Shown in pieces: positions 17,728 to 20,000 of a DNA stretch of 20,000 bases (within the stretch, counting starts at the first letter, position 1; every line of letters begins with the position of its first letter). The notes beneath the pieces were generated by a model. The model did not search any database, had not been told where the DNA came from, and worked only from the letters and a program-made list of their open reading frames with translations. Origin of the DNA: Thraustochytrium aureum (taxonomy: Eukaryota); the NCBI GenBank assembly GCA_012862495.1, contig BLSG01000310.1:208469-228468 (forward strand). Direction: 5' to 3'. The translations under genes and the position numbers were made by a program.

Positions 17728-18087
17728 ACAGAGACCGCGTTGGGCATTGGGCTTGGTGTCTTGCGAGCCGCCTGTGAGCCTGCTGCCGTTCGTTTCGTTG
17801 GCTGGGTGGTTCTTTCCGAAGCAAACAAGCAAACCAAAAAAGTCTTTCGTTTGTCCGCACGTGCGCCTCGCCCGAACGCGCGTTCCTTGCTAACAGTTTG
17901 GCCTCCTCCCCCCCTCCCTCCCTCCCTCCCGCTCGCTCGCTCGTTCGAAAAGCTCCAGAGCGCTCTACTAGCTAGCTCTCGAGCTGCGGAGTTGGCAGAG
18001 GCAGCTTCAGCAGAGCAAAGCGGCTTTGTACAGTGTGCAACGGAGCCTGACGACGCGCGGCCTTGCCCGGTTTGCTCCACGGCCAGG

Positions 18088-19740
18088 CTACAGAGGCGAG
18101 GCTCCGATGCGCGCAAGCCACTCGTCATGGAGGCTCTCCTCCCCGGGGGACCCGGATTCTAGCTCGTCTTGCAAAAGTCTATCAAACTTGGACCCGCCCC
18201 GATCTGCGCCGCTTTCTCCGCCTTCCTCCTCGTCCTCCTCGTCCTCCTCCTCCTCGAAGTCGTCGCCCAGGTCGGAGGCATCCAACTCTGAGGCGGAAGC
18301 GCCGGACTCGTCACAGCTGAGGCGTCCAGAACNNNNNNNNNNNNNNNNNNNNNNNNNNNNNNNNNNNNNNNNNNNNNNNNNNNNNNNNNNNNNNNNNNNN
18401 NNNNNNNNNNNNNNNNNNNNNNNNNNNNNNNNNNNNNNNNNNNNNNNNNNNNNNNNNNNNNNNNNNNNNNNNNNNNNNNNNNNNNNNNNNNNNNNNNNNN
18501 NNNNNNNNNNNNNNNNNNNNNNNNNNNNNNNNNNNNNNNNNNNNNNNNNNNNNNNNNNNNNNNNNNNNNNNNNNNNNNNNNNNNNNNNNNNNNNNNNNNN
18601 NNNNNNNNNNNNNNNNNNNNNNNNNNNNNNNNNNNNNNNNNNNNNNNNNNNNNNNNNNNNNNNNNNNNNNNNNNNNNNNNNNNNNNNNNNNNNNNNNNNN
18701 NNNNNNNNNNNNNNNNNNNNNNNNNNNNNNNNNNNNNNNNNNNNNNNNNNNNNNNNNNNNNNNNNNNNNNNNNNNNNNNNNNNNNNNNNNNNNNNNNNNN
18801 NNNNNNNNNNNNNNNNNNNNNNNNNNNNNNNNNNNNNNNNNNNNNNNNNNNNNNNNNNNNNNNNNNNNNNNNNNNNNNNNNNNNNNNNNNNNNNNNNNNN
18901 NNNNNNNNNNNNNNNNNNNNNNNNNNNNNNNNNNNNNNNNNNNNNNNNNNNNNNNNNNNNNNNNNNNNNNNNNNNNNNNNNNNNNNNNNNNNNNNNNNNN
19001 NNNNNNNNNNNNNNNNNNNNNNNNNNNNNNNNNNNNNNNNNNNNNNNNNNNNNNNNNNNNNNNNNNNNNNNNNNNNNNNNNNNNNNNNNNNNNNNNNNNN
19101 NNNNNNNNNNNNNNNNNNNNNNNNNNNNNNNNNNNNNNNNNNNNNNNNNNNNNNNNNNNNNNNNNNNNNNNNNNNNNNNNNNNNNNNNNNNNNNNNNNNN
19201 NNNNNNNNNNNNNNNNNNNNNNNNNNNNNNNNNNNNNNNNNNNNNNNNNNNNNNNNNNNNNNNNNNNNNNNNNNNNNNNNNNNNNNTGTGCTTGAACTGG
19301 TCGCTTGTCCGCATCGTCTCGCCGAGGAGCCCCCTGAGGCGCTCTGCGTTGGCCTCGAGTTCCTGAACGCGATGCAGAGCAAAGTCGCGCGTCGCGTGGC
19401 TCTGGGCGATCTGCTGCTCGAGCTCCCTGATGCGGTCTTGTGCGTCCTGGAGCTCGCGGTGCAGCTCGAGGCGCCTGTCGGTTTCGTCCATGAAGGACTT
19501 GTTACTTGAGTTGATGTTTTCGCTCGCGGCGGTGAGCGAGCTCGGGGCTGTGTTTGCTAGGGCCTCGCGGGACAGCGGGCTCTCGTCGCTGTCCTTGGCC
19601 TCGACCTGCTGCGCGCCGCCTTGCCGCGACCTCCGGGGGGGCGTCGAGCTCGTCTGGCCCAGGTCTGCATCTGCCAGCAGCTTGGCCAGCTCCCGCTGCG
19701 TGTTTCTGATCGCGCTCGCCGCGCTCGCGAGCGAGGCCAT
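18088..19740 (-). CDS. Hypothetical coiled-coil protein with acidic C-terminus (middle lost in gap 18333-19286)
   Basis: ATG at 19740 in GCC-ATG-G context. Heptad-rich segment ELHRELQDAQDRIRELEQQIAQ...VQELEANAERLRGLL. After the gap: DDFEEEEDEEDEEE...DEWLARIGASPL*. Joining across the gap is assumed. Confidence 0.65.
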   Translation of the reverse strand: MASLASAASAIRNTQRELAKLLADADLGQTSSTPPRRSRQGGAQQVEAKDSDESPLSREALANTAPSSLTAASENINSSNKSFMDETDRRLELHRELQDAQDRIRELEQQIAQSHATRDFALHRVQELEANAERLRGLLGETMRTSDQFKHXXXXXXXXXXXXXXXXXXXXXXXXXXXXXXXXXXXXXXXXXXXXXXXXXXXXXXXXXXXXXXXXXXXXXXXXXXXXXXXXXXXXXXXXXXXXXXXXXXXXXXXXXXXXXXXXXXXXXXXXXXXXXXXXXXXXXXXXXXXXXXXXXXXXXXXXXXXXXXXXXXXXXXXXXXXXXXXXXXXXXXXXXXXXXXXXXXXXXXXXXXXXXXXXXXXXXXXXXXXXXXXXXXXXXXXXXXXXXXXXXXXXXXXXXXXXXXXXXXXXXXXXXXXXXXXXXXXXXXXXXXXXXXXXXXXXXXXXXXXXXXXXXXXXXXXXXXXXXXXSGRLSCDESGASASELDASDLGDDFEEEEDEEDEEEGGESGADRGGSKFDRLLQDELESGSPGEESLHDEWLARIGASPL

Positions 19741-20000
19741 GGCCGCGCCAGCCAGCCAGGCCGCTGCCGCCGGACCGGCCGCTCGAGCAGGTCAATCCGG
19801 ATGCGCGACGGTCTCGAGCAAGCCCGCGTGCGCGCAGTGCCGGCAGGGCGGGGTCCGTCCGCGCCGTCCCCGGCTGCCTGGCTGCCTTCCCTCTTGCCTG
19901 GCTGCCTGGCTGCCTCGGGTCGTGCCTGCGCAACCTCGAACAGCGGCAACTCCCGTGAACAGAGGACAATTCAAACCGAGAGGGCCGTTGCGCTGCCATC

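Noticed and set aside
19872..19915. GGCTGCCT short repeats upstream of the coiled-coil gene
   Set aside because: Ordinary low-complexity sequence with no higher-order structure.

Overview
GC-rich, gene-dense, intron-poor eukaryotic draft sequence. It looks like a protist, possibly a stramenopile such as a thraustochytrid, but that is inference from style only. About 4 kb (20%) is N, in 8 gaps. In order, the window holds: the 5' part of a myosin heavy chain (-, runs off the left edge); a weakly supported spliced/frameshifted ORF (-); a complete but divergent glutaminyl-tRNA synthetase (+); one long ankyrin-IQ-Cys/His-coiled-coil-FHA gene (-) that the ORF track splits into four pieces; tRNA-Trp(CCA) (+); a signal-peptide/HDEL FAD monooxygenase with a MICAL-like motif pattern (-); a degenerate 33-41 bp repeat array; a type III PI4-kinase (+); and a coiled-coil/acidic hypothetical protein (-). 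Four single-base frameshifts in coding regions all fall on short homopolymers and are most likely assembly errors. I see no multi-gene novel system. The best leads are the ER-retained MICAL-like enzyme, the ANK-IQ-Zn-FHA protein and the GlnRS with altered specificity motifs.
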